A stretch of DNA of 64,000 nucleotides from an uncultured Hormoscilla sp. (GTDB taxonomy: Bacteria; Cyanobacteriota; Cyanobacteriia; Cyanobacteriales; Desertifilaceae), in assembly GCA_963921275.4 (NCBI GenBank), contig OZ001293.3, positions 192,001-256,000 of the forward strand, in the 5' to 3' direction. Numbering within the stretch: the first letter of the stretch is position 1; every line of letters begins with the position of its first letter. A model generated the notes under the pieces. That model had not been told where the DNA came from, searched no databases, and worked only from the letters and a program-made list of their open reading frames with translations. The position numbers and the translations under genes were made by a program. Positions 18,790 to 30,667 of this stretch are shown here, in pieces.

Positions 18790-19401
18790 ATGGCTAAATT
18801 TCCAAGAACTGAACCAGAAGTTATTGCTCTCGCTCAAGCTGTAATCGCCGGATTAACGGCTAACACCACTGTCTATCCCTCACCACCACTGACAATAGAA
18901 GAGTTGACAATTAACCTTAACAAGGTTATCGCCTCCCAAAACGCGACGATCGCTGCTACCGCCGCCGCCAAAGAGGCAACAATCGCTAAAAACAAAGCTT
19001 TGGAAATGCTGACAGATAGCCTCAAAAGGGTATTGCGCTATGCCGAGAACACCGTAAATTATAGCGATGAAAAGCTGGAAGTATTGGGCTGGAGAGGGCG
19101 ATCGCGTCCCAGTTCCCAAGGCGCTCCCGGGCAAGTACGCTCTCTGAAAATCGTCAGTCAAGGACCGGCCTGGATAGCTTTAGCTTGGAAAGCCCCGACA
19201 GAAGGAGGTCTCGTAAAAGCATATAAAGTGCAACGTCGCATTACCGCTGAGGAAAACGAGCCTATGGATGTGGGCACTGCTCTAGAGTCAGAAATCGCTC
19301 TAGTCAATCAACCCCGGGGGAAAGAGTTAATTTACCAAGTGATCGCCATTAATAAAGCAGGAGAAGGAACCCCAAGCAATATAGTCACGGTAATTCTGTG
19401 A
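18790..19401 (+). CDS. Helical N-domain + fibronectin type III domain protein
   Basis: C-terminal PGQV..L...IALAWKAP...YKVQR...YQVIAINKAGEGTPS FN3 pattern; RBS gagg; no obvious signal peptide. Confidence 0.8.
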   Translation: MAKFPRTEPEVIALAQAVIAGLTANTTVYPSPPLTIEELTINLNKVIASQNATIAATAAAKEATIAKNKALEMLTDSLKRVLRYAENTVNYSDEKLEVLGWRGRSRPSSQGAPGQVRSLKIVSQGPAWIALAWKAPTEGGLVKAYKVQRRITAEENEPMDVGTALESEIALVNQPRGKELIYQVIAINKAGEGTPSNIVTVIL

Positions 19402-19769
19402 TAATGGGCGATCGCTAATCGGCTCGAAAGGCGTTTGTCAATAGTTAGATTTTAGAAGCGATCGCCAGTGGTCTTGCGCCCGTTGGTAAGAGGATCCCCC
19501 TAACCCATCTTCTGGGGTGCTTTAACGCTGGGAAAGCGATTGCGCTTGACAGCAAATTTTACCTTTTCGATGCAACCTGCGATCGGGACGTTATAGTTCA
19601 TCTAGAGCAAAGCTACTATCGATCGTAGTACAGTAGAATATCCGCCCCAAAGCAAGTTTGTGTCACAATGAGCGTCATAACTCATACAATTCATCCCTTG
19701 AGGCAGAGCCTCTAGATGCGCGTTCCCTGCCAGAGTCAGGGAACGAGAAGAATTACTCTGAAGCATTCT

Positions 19770-20087
19770 TCATCGCCGATATTCATCTCCGCAGTCACCG
19801 ATCGACTGATACAAGTCCCGTGACTTGCCAACAACAGCCGATATCTGCTCATAATCAGAACTATCCAGCTGCAGATCGAATACCTTGGCATTCTCCTGAA
19901 TATGTGCTGATATTCCTAACCGCGCACCCACGATCGCCCCTGCCACCGCCGGTTGTTTCAAGACATAGCGCACTGCCACATTAGAGATACTAACTCCATG
20001 TTTGCTAGCAATTTGCCCAAGAGTAGCAAGCAGTTCCTGAAACAGGTTCCAGTCACCCCAAACATCAACTATGATCTTATATTTCCG
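19770..20087 (-). pseudogene. Aldo/keto reductase, C-terminal part
   Basis: RKYKIIVDVWGDWNLFQELL...VAVRYVLKQPAVAGAIVGARLG...GDCGDEYRR. Confidence 0.8.
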
Positions 20088-20088
20088 C

Positions 20089-20246
20089 GGCCCTGGTAAA
20101 TGAACCTTTTTGTGCGATCGGAGGTAGCTAAACAGCTTGCAGAGATTAAACTAGATCAAGCCTTTGATAGTTTAATGCCAGGGTTGCAAGATGGGGATGC
20201 CCGGGTGCGGCGGGCCGTGGTAGAAGCTTTGGCGAAAATCAATAGT
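20089..20246 (+). pseudogene. HEAT/PBS-lyase-like repeat fragment
   Basis: VRSEVAKQLAEIKLDQAFDSLMPGLQDGDARVRRAVVEALAKI. Confidence 0.5.
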
Positions 20247-20379
20247 TACGCAGGGTAATTGCGTTTTGATTGTGTGTTGTAATAATTGTCTTGTGGCTAA
20301 AAATTGAAATATAAGTCTTAACTTTATGCCGAGCCAATTTTGAGGTAAATGAAACTGTTTCTCAATGCTCGACAAGTGA

Positions 20380-20880
20380 GGAAATAATTTGGAACATGTC
20401 CCATGTCAGAAAAATTACCGAGGATTCAAAGCTAAAGAACCTTGGGACATTTTAACAAATTTACCTAGGGATGGCAAGCTTATCAAAAACGGTTTGAGCT
20501 TGAGGAAATGTTTCGAGATTTCCAATCAGGTGGCTAGAATCTTGAAGGGTCAAGACTGGGAGCATGCATAGCTTATCTTACTGATGATTATTGTGGCTAT
20601 TGCCTAGGGTAACTCGACAAGGGCAAAAAATAAAGCGAATGGGGATTCAAAAATAGCGGTAGCGTGTTGCCCGTCCTGAGATTAAAGGGAAATCTCAAGG
20701 CAGACATAGCTCTTTTTATGTTGGTCAGCATCTGCAGGCTAAAACGGAGAGCAATTGTGCTCAAAAACTGTGAAGGAACTTTGGCAAATTAACCGCCGTT
20801 TCATCAAGGATTATAAAAAAGGACAGCGTGCCATAGAGCTTGCCCTATCTACGTTCTAACCCGCCTTGTCCCCCTATCAG
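20380..20880 (+). mobile_element. IS4-family transposase C-terminal remnant
   Basis: EPWDILTNL and a degenerate EEMFRD..SGG.NLEG segment with frameshifts/stops; ends cccctatcag, truncating the neighbouring kinase. Confidence 0.6.
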
Positions 20881-21263
20881 GCGACTAGCACCATTTCGTC
20901 GATGAACTGGAGCAGCTTTTGGGTGCGGTGGTGAGCTTCTTGGAGAAATTCCCGCTCTTCTTCCTTTGAGTCGCATAAACCTTCTCTAATCATCTGGTGT
21001 ATGCCGATGATCCCATTAATGGGCGATCGCAGTTCGTGGGACACCCGGGCCAAAAACCCTTCCTTAAACTTGCTCATCTCTGACGCCATCTGGTAAGCTA
21101 ACTGCATCTGCTGGAGTTTCTCTTGACAAGCTTTGATCTCCGACCCGTCTCCTTCTGAAGCTTTTGAGTTCTCCAACCGGCTGCTGAAGGTCTGCCATAG
21201 ACTCCTACTTGCTACGCCGATGCCCAGTCCCGCCAGTAAATAAACCAAGTTGCTCGGGCCCAT
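20877..21263 (-). pseudogene. Histidine kinase (HisKA), truncated by IS
   Basis: FLARVSHELRSPINGIIG; ORF ends at the IS end. Confidence 0.75.
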
Positions 21264-21305
21264 AAGAGTTTTTCTTTGCTAATTGCTTATTGCTCATTGT
21301 AGGGA

Positions 21306-21896
21306 TTAGCTTTGAAATTTAACCGCTCCCTGTCGCAGGATTTCCCACTCCTTAGAAGTCCATTTTGCCACAGTGGTGGGGACTCCGCTTGCTGGTGGCA
21401 CAGTTTGCCGATCGCAAGGGGATAGAGTCAGCACTTCGGGAAACTCTGCTGCTATTTCCGCCATTGACAGCAGAGGCGGTCTTCCCGACCGGTTAGCACT
21501 GGTAGTTGCCAGAGGGCCTGTTTGGGCCAGGATTTGCCGGGCGATCAGATGGTTGGGGATCCTCAGTCCGATGGTAGTCGGGTCTTGCGGGTTCATGGCC
21601 CTGGGTACCCGATCGGACGCTGGTAACACCAATGTTAAAGCACCGGGCCAGTATTTGTCAGCCACTTGCTGCCAAAGGGCCATCTCTTCTGGCGTTCCTT
21701 GACAGAATGAAAGTAACGTGTTAATAGTATCTCCCATAAGAATCAGGGGTTTATCTTGAGGACGCTGCTTGGCGATGAAGATTAATTCACTCCGGTCGGG
21801 TCTGGTTGCTAGTGCTGGGACAGTATCCGTAGGGAAGCTAACTATCGAACCAGATATTGCTCCGGCTACGAGGGCCTCTAGAGAAACTTGAGTCAT
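21306..21896 (-). CDS. tsaC: Threonylcarbamoyl-AMP synthase (Sua5/YrdC)
   Basis: FPTDTVPAL, KQRPQDKPLI, WPGALTLVL, TTSANRSG. Confidence 0.9.
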   Translation of the reverse strand: MTQVSLEALVAGAISGSIVSFPTDTVPALATRPDRSELIFIAKQRPQDKPLILMGDTINTLLSFCQGTPEEMALWQQVADKYWPGALTLVLPASDRVPRAMNPQDPTTIGLRIPNHLIARQILAQTGPLATTSANRSGRPPLLSMAEIAAEFPEVLTLSPCDRQTVPPASGVPTTVAKWTSKEWEILRQGAVKFQS

Positions 21897-22181
21897 GGAA
21901 AGCTAATGGCTAATCGCTAATTGCTAATTGTATGGTATATACAACTACTGGAGCGTAACCCGCAAACCTTCTCGGTAGATGCAGCTATTAAGCGCGATCG
22001 TCCCGTAAGGAAATATTCACCACATACATGTGAGGGGGTTATTGATGACGAAAGGAAGCATAGGGGGGAGATCGCCTTGAGCTTGGAGGCGATGTTACAA
22101 AATCTGTAATGTATTCTCCAAACCTTCGTAGATATCCACCTGCTTCAATTTCGGGCGCTGCACTCCGGAGTGCAAAGCCCG

Positions 22182-25100
22182 CTAATTATTCTGTTCAAGG
22201 CAGACTTTGAGTTTTTCTGCTATAATCTGAACGTGGGGGAGAGCATTCATGGTAATGTGGTTGCCACTGACTGGGTGGATCTCTATCCCGGAAGCAGCTA
22301 GCTCCATCCAGGCGTATTCTGGATGTACAGGGTCGTATTTTTCACGCCTGTCTTGGGCGCGAAAAAAGATAATTTTTCCAGGATATATACGTGGCGTGTA
22401 GTTCCACATCGCCTCCATATTTGCCTTGAAGACTCGAATTATTTGGCGAGTTGTCGGGATCTGGAAATCATTGGGCACCAGGTTGGCAATCTTTGCTTGC
22501 TCCAAAGCATATATTACTTGTTCTTCAGCATTGCCCTGCTGTCGGATGGAGTTGAGGGAAAGAAATTTTTTGTCTAACTCGAATAGGCTATCAAGAATAT
22601 AAGTGGCGATCGCTGTTTCATCTTCTAATTTCACGCCCATTTGACCGGAACCGGGGGTATCGATCATGGCAAGCACTGCTACCTTTTCACCTTCTGCGTG
22701 GAGTTGCTGTGCCATCTCGAAAGCGATCGTACCTCCAAAGGAAGCACTTCCGATAAAATATGCACCATTCGACTGAATGACGCGCATCGCTTTGATATAT
22801 TTAGCCGCCATCTCTTCAACCTTGGTAAGCAATTCGGTTTTTTCATCTAAATCTAGTGATTGGAATCCGTAAACTGGTCGCTCTGATTCTAAACAACTAA
22901 CTAAATCCCGATAGAAGTACACTTGTCCGCCAACGGGGTGGACTAAGAAAAGAGGCTGTTTGTTATTGCTTCCTACCTGAATTTTCACCAGAGAGGAGGG
23001 AAACTCCGTCGGCGGTTTGTCAGAAGCAGAGGATGAAGATGTCGGTGCAATCAATTCAACTAAACCGGCGATGGTGGGGTTATCTAGCAGGCTATTAACA
23101 GATAACCCCATTTGAAGATTTTCCTTTAAACCAGCAATTAGCTGAACTGCTAGTAGGGAGTCTCCCCCCAAATCAAATAAATCATCGTAAATGCCTACAT
23201 GCTCGATTACTAGTAATTTTTCCCAGCTCTCGGCAATCTGCCTTTCCAGCTCATTGCGGGGAGCTACATAAGCGTTACTCAGTTGCGGTCGTGGATGTAC
23301 TTGTTTCGGTAGATGTTCCTGTTCTGTTTCTTTCAAAGAACTCAGAAATGTGCTCATATTGTCCTGTTCTAGGCGAGACAGTAAATCTCGCGTCGATACA
23401 AGAACTTGAGGTAGTCCACTCCCGAGAATGCGGTCGAACACCTCTATGCCTTCTGTGGGTAATAATCCGAGATTATGGTCATGGGTAATACTCATAGTCT
23501 CTGCTCTTTGCTTGGCTGCTTCTGCTGCCATCCCAACTTTTTGCCAACCATCCCAGTTTATCGCTACAGTAAGCGTGCCATCTTTTGCGCTTTTATACTG
23601 AGCGAAAGCGTCCATAAAGGCATTGGCCTCGCAGTAGTCTATCTGCCCAAATACACCCATCATCGAATTGATTGACGAACAGAGAACAAAGAAATCCAGT
23701 CGAACATCTTTGAAAATAGCGTCCAGAACCACTGTCCCCTTTACTTTAGGTTCTAGAATGCTTTCCGCTCTTTCCCGTGTTTTTCGAGCGAGCGCGCCTC
23801 CACCAGGAACCCCAGCGGCATGGATTACACCATTAATTGAGCCAAATCGCTCCCTTGACTGAGTTATAGCAGCTTGCATTTGTTCTGGGTTGATAACATC
23901 GGCACTGACAACTAAAACCTCGGCACCAAGAGCCTCTATATCCAGTAATTTCCGAATTTTTATACTGGTGGCATCCCTTTCACCGCGAGTAGCCAGCCAT
24001 TTTTCCCACTCGTCTCGTGGGGGAAATTGAGATCGCCCTGTGAGGAGCAGTTTGGCTTGTACGGCCTTTGCCAAATGTTCAGCTAGAGTAAGACCAATGC
24101 CTCCGAGTCCACCTGTAATTAGATAAACTCCCTGTGGTTTTAATCGTGTGGAGTTCCAGGGTCCGGAAGCACCACGTCAATACTCCTACAGATTATGTTA
24201 GGGTATTCTTGTCCAATGACTCTAATTGGTCCTGTCACGGTTGCTTGCTCTGGGTGTAACAAGGCTTCCTCGCCTATTTTCTGCATATTGTTGGTTACTA
24301 CCCCGAGCAGCAATTCATTGGTAAGAAGTTGTTTTCCCAGTGCCTTTGCTAGGAATAACAGGCTGTAGAAACCCAGATTTTGTGACTTTTCCACCCACTC
24401 AATTTCTAATTTTGCCTTACTGTTGGCCGCTACACTCCATAAATGAAGGATGGTTTTTGGGAGCTGGTTGCGATCGCGCAGTTCTTGGTATAAGGCGTGA
24501 TAGTCATCCTCTTGTTGGGGATTAAGGTTATAGAGGCGATCGCTTATTTTATTAAACTCCGTTCCTACTTTCACTGTAATAACATTTTGACCATCCCTTT
24601 CCAGTCTTTTTACTATTTTTTCACCCAAACCACACTCATCAGCAAACAGGAGATGGGTGGTAGATATGAGAGGTAAAGTCTCATTAATGTTAGAGCGTTT
24701 CCAGGATGGAATATAAAACCAGTCTGCCAGCTCTGGCTTTTTATTAAGTATGGATGGCTTGGGTTGAACGTTACCCTTTAGCACTCCCCCAGTAGTCGCA
24801 TTTCGATCTAAAATGCGACTGCTAACTTCCCCCGACCGCAACTGTTTGGTAATCCAGTAACTCTGGCGTTCAAAGGGATAAGTAGGTAAGGGAATGCGGT
24901 AACATTGTTGATGGCTGTAAAATCCAGACCAATCTACCCGTACCCCAGCTAACCAAAGTTGACCCAATGTATTGAGTACGAAATCCATATCCGATCTCTT
25001 TTCTTAGGGATGGCGTATCGAAGTTAGTACAATTTGCTCGTCGGCAAGGCCGGGATTCCGTTTAGCTAAAGTCCTCAATGTCCGTCCCGGTTCCACCTCC

Positions 25101-27585
25101 AACAAGATTTGCGAGCGATCGCGCCCAAAATGCTGTAGACCTTCAGCAAAGCGTACTGGTTGACGCAAATGCTTTGCCCAATAGTCAGGATCCGTTGCTT
25201 GCTCTACGGTAATCCAAGTGCCTGTAACATTGGAGATGTAGGGGATTTCTGGAGGGTTGAGGCTGACTTGTTTTACCGCGAGCGCGAAAGGCTCTATAAT
25301 AGGTGACATCATCTGAGAATGGAAGGCATGGGAAGTATGCAGGCGACGGCATTCTATGCTTTTTTGGGCTAGTTGCTTCTGTAATGCTTCTATATCTGCC
25401 GTGGGTCCGGAAACGACGTAATTAGAGGGTCCGTTGATCGCAGCTATTTCCAGAGAGGTTCCCAGTTGGGGTTGCATTTGAGCTTCCGGAAGGGGAACAG
25501 CAAGCATTGACCCAGTCGCCATTTGTTGCATCAATTTACCCCGCGCAGCTACTAGGGTTAAGGCATCTTCTAAGGAGAATACCCCTGCAACTGTTGCAGC
25601 AACGTACTCGCCGATGCTGTGACCGATCGCCCCGGACGGACGCACTCCCCAAGACATCCATAATTGCGCTAATGCGTACTCGATGACAAACAACGCTGGT
25701 TGGGCGATCGCCGTTTCTTGTATGGAAGCAGTTCCGACGGATGTCGTAATCTGGTAAGGACTAAAGTCCTTACTACGAACCTCTTTCCGGGGATAGAGTA
25801 TATTCCGCAGATCTAGCCCCAGGTGGGGTTGCAAAAGTTCGCAGCAGAGGTCAACCCAAGAGCGAAATGTCTCCGACATCTCGTAGAGTTCCCGCCCCAT
25901 ATTAACATACTGAGAGCCTTGCCCGGAGAACATAAAAACTACTGGTCTAGTTTTTGCCTCTGAGTAGTTGCTAAAAACCCGTGTCGGCTCTACATTGCTT
26001 AAAGGATTTACAGCATCCTCTATATCCGAACAAACCAGCATTCTACGATAATTGAAAGCCCTACGACCAATGCTTAGAGTATAAGTCACATCAGCGAGGT
26101 GTAGTTCGGGATGCTGTTTTAGGTGTTCCGCTAGATTTTCTGTCGCTTTTTCTAAAGCCGAAGGTGTTTTAGCAGAAAGTAGCAACAGTTCATTAGGCGG
26201 GTTTATTCCCTCTTCCCCTACTCTTTCCTCTGAAGTTAGGGCTACTCTTCCCCTATTAGCAAAGAGGGGTTGAGGGAAGGTTACTCCCTCCCACTCTTCC
26301 AAAACCACATGAGCATTTGTTCCCCCAATCCCAAAGGAACTAACCCCTGCTCGTCTGGGAGTGCCGTTAGTTTTCCATTCAGCCAGTTTAGTATTAACAT
26401 AAAAAGGACTGTTAGTCAAATCTATCTGGGGATTGGGTTTTTCAAAGTTGAGACTGGAGAGAATTAATTTATGCTTTAAAGCTAAAACTGTTTTGATTAA
26501 GCCTGCTACTCCGGCTGCTACATCCAAATGTCCCATATTTGTTTTTAAGGAACCGATGGCACAGAAGCCTTTTTTCTTGGTGGCAAATGCTTCTTTTAAA
26601 GCCGCAATTTCAATAGGGTCTCCCATAACTGTTCCCGTGCCGTGAGTTTCTACATAGGTGATGGTTTCCGGTTCGATTTCAGCTATTCCCTGAGCTTGTT
26701 TAATTACTGCTGCTTGACCCTCAACACTGGGGGCCGTGTAACCAACTTTGACAGCACCGTCATTATTAATGGCTGACCCTCTAATGATAGCAATGATGTT
26801 GTCTCCATCTGCGATCGCCTCCTCTAACCCCTTTAGCACAACAATTCCTACCCCGTTACCTCCCACAGTTCCCTTGGCGTTTGCATCAAAGGCGCGGCAG
26901 TGTCCATCGGGGGACATTATCATGCCTTCTTGATACAAATAGCCTACTTTTTAGGGAACTCTAATGGATACTCCTCCTACTAAAGCCATGTTGCATTCAC
27001 CATTAATTAAGCTTTGACAGGCTAAATGTACTGCTACTAATGAAGTAGAGCAGGCGGTTTGTACGTTTACACTCGGTCCTGTTAGGTTTAGTTTATAGGA
27101 AATCCGTGTAGACAAAAAATCCTTATCATTGCCGATCATCACCTGATAAGATGATCCTGAGTCTATTGGATAAAGATTGTTTAGCAGGTAAGTATTTATG
27201 CCTACGTAAACTCCAATGGAACCGGGGTACGTTTCCGGGTCATAACCTGCGTTTTCCAGTGCCAACCAAGCACATTCCAAAAAGAGGCGATGTTGCGGAT
27301 CTGTAAGCTCAGCTTCTTTGGGACTAAAGTCGAAGAAATTGGCATCAAATAGTTCTATATCTGAGAGGATAGCATTGGCTTTTACATAGTTCCGTTTACT
27401 CAATACTGCCGGCTCTATACCTTCTGAAAGCAGTTCTTCATCATCAAACCGTGCAATTTCTTCTCTCCCATCTCGGATATTTTGCCATAATTTATCGATA
27501 TTTTTCGCCCCGGGAAAACGACCGGACATTCCGATTATTGCTATAGCTGATCATCTATTGCCAATTCTTGTTCTGATTTGTTCAT
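22182..27585 (-). pseudogene. Type I PKS module KS-AT-KR-ACP-TE, multiply disrupted
   Basis: KS TACSTS/HGTGT, AT GHSIG/HAFH, KR GGLGGIG, ACP GGDSL, TE; frameshift ~27550, TAA at 26951 and 25004, break at ~24140. Confidence 0.9.
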
Positions 27586-27592
27586 TGCGCTT

Positions 27593-28238
27593 TCATTCTC
27601 GTTTTTTGCTTAGCAGAGCGGAGCCTGGCTTAGCTCTTGCACAGAACCCCACCCGACTGTTTAAATATACTCTTTTCGCCGTTGTTTTTCCCATTACGGA
27701 AGCTTGGCGTTCCTTGCGAATCCGAATAATGTCATTAGTTTTTTCTGATTGCGAACTTACTTTCTGGCGCTCCTGTTGTAAATGTTCTGCTAAAGCCTGT
27801 ATGGTTGGATATTTAAACATTTCCACCATTGACAACTCTTGCTGTAAAATGCTTTGTAATTTTTCCCTTACTTGAACTATAAGTAATGAATGACCTCCCA
27901 AATCGAAGAAGTTGTCTTTTCTGCCCACATTGTCTAATTTTAACACATCCTGCCAAACCGCAGCAATAAGTTTCTCAGATTCTATCTGAGGCATTACATA
28001 AGTCCCTGCCAATTCTGGGCGCAGACTTGCTGGTGCTGGCAAGGCCCGGCGATCGATCTTGCCGTTGGGCGTCAGGGGCATTGCTCCTAATGAGACAAAG
28101 GCTGCTGGCACCATGTACTCTGGTAGCTTGGCTTTCAGGAAGTCCCGCAACTCACTCACCGTGGGTGGTTCTCTGTTGGCAACTACATAGGCTACCAGGC
28201 GCTTGTCACCTGGCAGATCTTCTCGGGCGATGACTACT
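27593..28238 (-). pseudogene. NRPS adenylation C-terminal subdomain + PCP (fragment)
   Basis: VVIAREDLPGDKRLVAYVV, LPEYMVP, TPNGKIDR, FFDLGGHSL. Confidence 0.9.
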
Positions 28239-28924
28239 ATTAGGGATCGAGCTGGGAATCACTTCCCAACCCTCCCGTTCGGAACCGGACTTGCGACTTT
28301 CACCGCATCCGGCTACTGGGTAGTAGGCCCAAGTCAATGGTAGAATTACTAGGGATTACTCCCGTTGTCCCTTGTCTTATGAGATTTCGCACCTTTTTGG
28401 TTAGTCTGTGGACTAAATAATCCCTAACGCCGGAAGCTTCGTGGAGGGTAACAGGACAGAAACCTTTGATCCACTCTTTTCTAACGGTTGCCCGTATCTC
28501 TGGGGCTTCCTGTTTTTACCGGTTAGGCGTTTATTCTACATTACTCCCTAGTTCTTACGAACCGGTTTAGCACGTATACAGTACTACTCTCTCCCAAGAC
28601 TTCCTACTATCACCCACCCTCACCGCACGTCCGCGTATCCTGGGTATTACCCCAGGCATTTGCCTCTTGGGGGCAGGCTTGGGCTCCCACTCGCGGCTTG
28701 CGCTTCACATCTGACTGGTCCTGACGGACAGCTCGCGAGGGGTTACTTCGTTCCCTGGTATCATTTCACGATTTCGATGTCTTCCGGACGCACGGCGAAA
28801 ACCCGGGAGACATCGCCTTTAGGTTCCTACTATACCCCGGTAGTTGTTTTGAGTACGATGTTAGCCAAAAAGCACAACTAACACTAACCACAGAGACTTT
28901 TGTCTCCGGCGCATAAAGCCTTAT
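28239..28924 (-). ncRNA. Group II intron, ORF-less, 5'-truncated
   Basis: Canonical D5 agccggatgcggtgaaagtcgcaagtccggtt, D6, 3' end ...ccctaat; interior similar to 59323-60190; no GTGCG start. Confidence 0.85.
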
Positions 28925-29733
28925 GCAGTTCTGAGCAGCAACACCGCATATACTTGTAATTCGTACTCTGACCAAACAGCTTCCCGAATACTTTCGACCA
29001 CTGCCGAGACATCCAGACCTTTGAGCGCCTGACGTTCTACCTCCGCCGCTACTACTACCCTTTCTTTGCCATCCACATCCACGGAGAAGGCCGTGCTACA
29101 AGTAGGTCTGAGGGATGGATGACTCTGTTCTACTGTCTGTTCTATATCCTGGGGATAATAATTCCGTCCTCGGATGACAATCAAATCCTTGAGCCGTCCG
29201 GTGACAAACAACTCCCCATCCTGCATAAATCCCAAATCCCCCGCAAAAACGGCCCTTCTCCTGTGTCTGCTAGGTATGCCTTGAATGTTTCTTCTGTCCC
29301 TTCCGGTTTCCTCCAGTATCCCATAGCTACACTAGAACCAGATACCCAAATCTCTCCTACTTGGCTAGAAGAACATTTTGTTAAAGATTCTGGCTCGACA
29401 ATTATGATTTTCCCATCTAACCAGGCCCGACCACAGCTAACAATTTCTCTGTTGTCCCTTTTTTCCCCATTGCTTGTGACTACCCGGTTTTGCTCTAGGG
29501 CCTCCCCGGAAACCTGTAAAATAACGGGAGGTTCGCTCTTTACTGCTCCTGATACGAACAAAGTCGCCTCCGCCATCCCGTAGCAGGGATAAAATGCCTC
29601 CTTCCGAAAGCCACAGTCGGCAAAAGCACTACTAAACCGCTCCAGGGTGGAACTCCGGACTGGTTCAGCCCCATTGAAAGCTACCTCCCAACTGCTCAAG
29701 TCCAGAGTTGCTTTTTCTTCAGGAATTATCTTG
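28925..29733 (-). pseudogene. Fatty acyl-AMP ligase, C-terminal portion
   Basis: NGAEPV, CYGMAEATL, GEIWVSG, FVTGRLKDLIVIRGRNYYPQDIE; frameshift ~29240; stops at LLLRTA. Confidence 0.85.
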
Positions 29734-30667
29734 GTCGGGGTCGAGCTGGGAATCACTCCCCAACCCTCCAAGAGGGGAACCGGACTTGCGACTTTCACCG
29801 CTGGGGCTTGTCCTTAGGCATATCATCATCAATAATTAGGTTACCCCGTATTCCCCTTACCCTCTGTAATTTTACCCCTTATGGTCAATCCTATTGGACC
29901 GTTAATGATTTCAGCTCCGGAAGGTATGCGCTGCGCGCACGCTGCGCGATCGCGGAGGGTAGTTCAGCAAACCATTCTAGCCGCTCTTCTCTAACATTTC
30001 CCCATTCTGGCAATTTATCGGGGCTCTGAACTTTACCCGGCTGAGACTCTAGTCCATATTCATACTTTTGGATTTCTCCTAAGTTTTGCGACGTGTTAGG
30101 GCTACTTTCACCAAAGGCTTCTTACCATATCCGTCCTACGTCTGCATATCCCAGGCATTACCCCAGGCGTTGGCTTCTTAGAACATCCTTCCTCTTCGCG
30201 GCTTGCGCTTTACATCTAACTGGTCCAAATGGGGACAGCTCACGTGAGGTTACTTCGTTCCCTGGTATCATTTCTCGATGCTTTTAGGTTCCTGCTATAC
30301 CCCGGGAGTTCTTCGAGTGCGATGCTGGTAAGCAAATACTACCAACACTAACTGCCATTTCCCTTTTGGGCCAGCGTATAAGCCTTATTCCGCTGGTTCT
30401 TATTAACGAGGCTTTCACAGGTTCGCTTGTTCTAACCATGAGCATCTAACAAGCGCGGTGTCACTAGCTTAGGCTGCTAGCTATCCTACATTTAAGTCCT
30501 AGCGGAGCACCACGGCGATGTGACTCCGCAGCACTAAGGACCGGTAGTACCCTCGACCCCCCACACCTGGGGAGAGGGAATTTAACCCCCATGATAACCA
30601 GAGTTATCCGGCAAATGAAACCAGACCAGACTTCACCGTCGCCAGTTTACGCCTGAACGAATCGCAC
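29734..30667 (-). ncRNA. Group II intron, ORF-less, inserted in FAAL
   Basis: 5' GTGCGattcg at 30667; D5-like gcggtgaaagtcgcaagtccggtt with altered 5' arm; D6 ending ccccgac; flanked by YDLCVN / KIIPEEKATLDLS. Confidence 0.85.

Noticed and set aside
21921..22180. Possible IS or gene remnant between tsaC and the PKS
   Set aside because: No motif or terminal repeat I could support.
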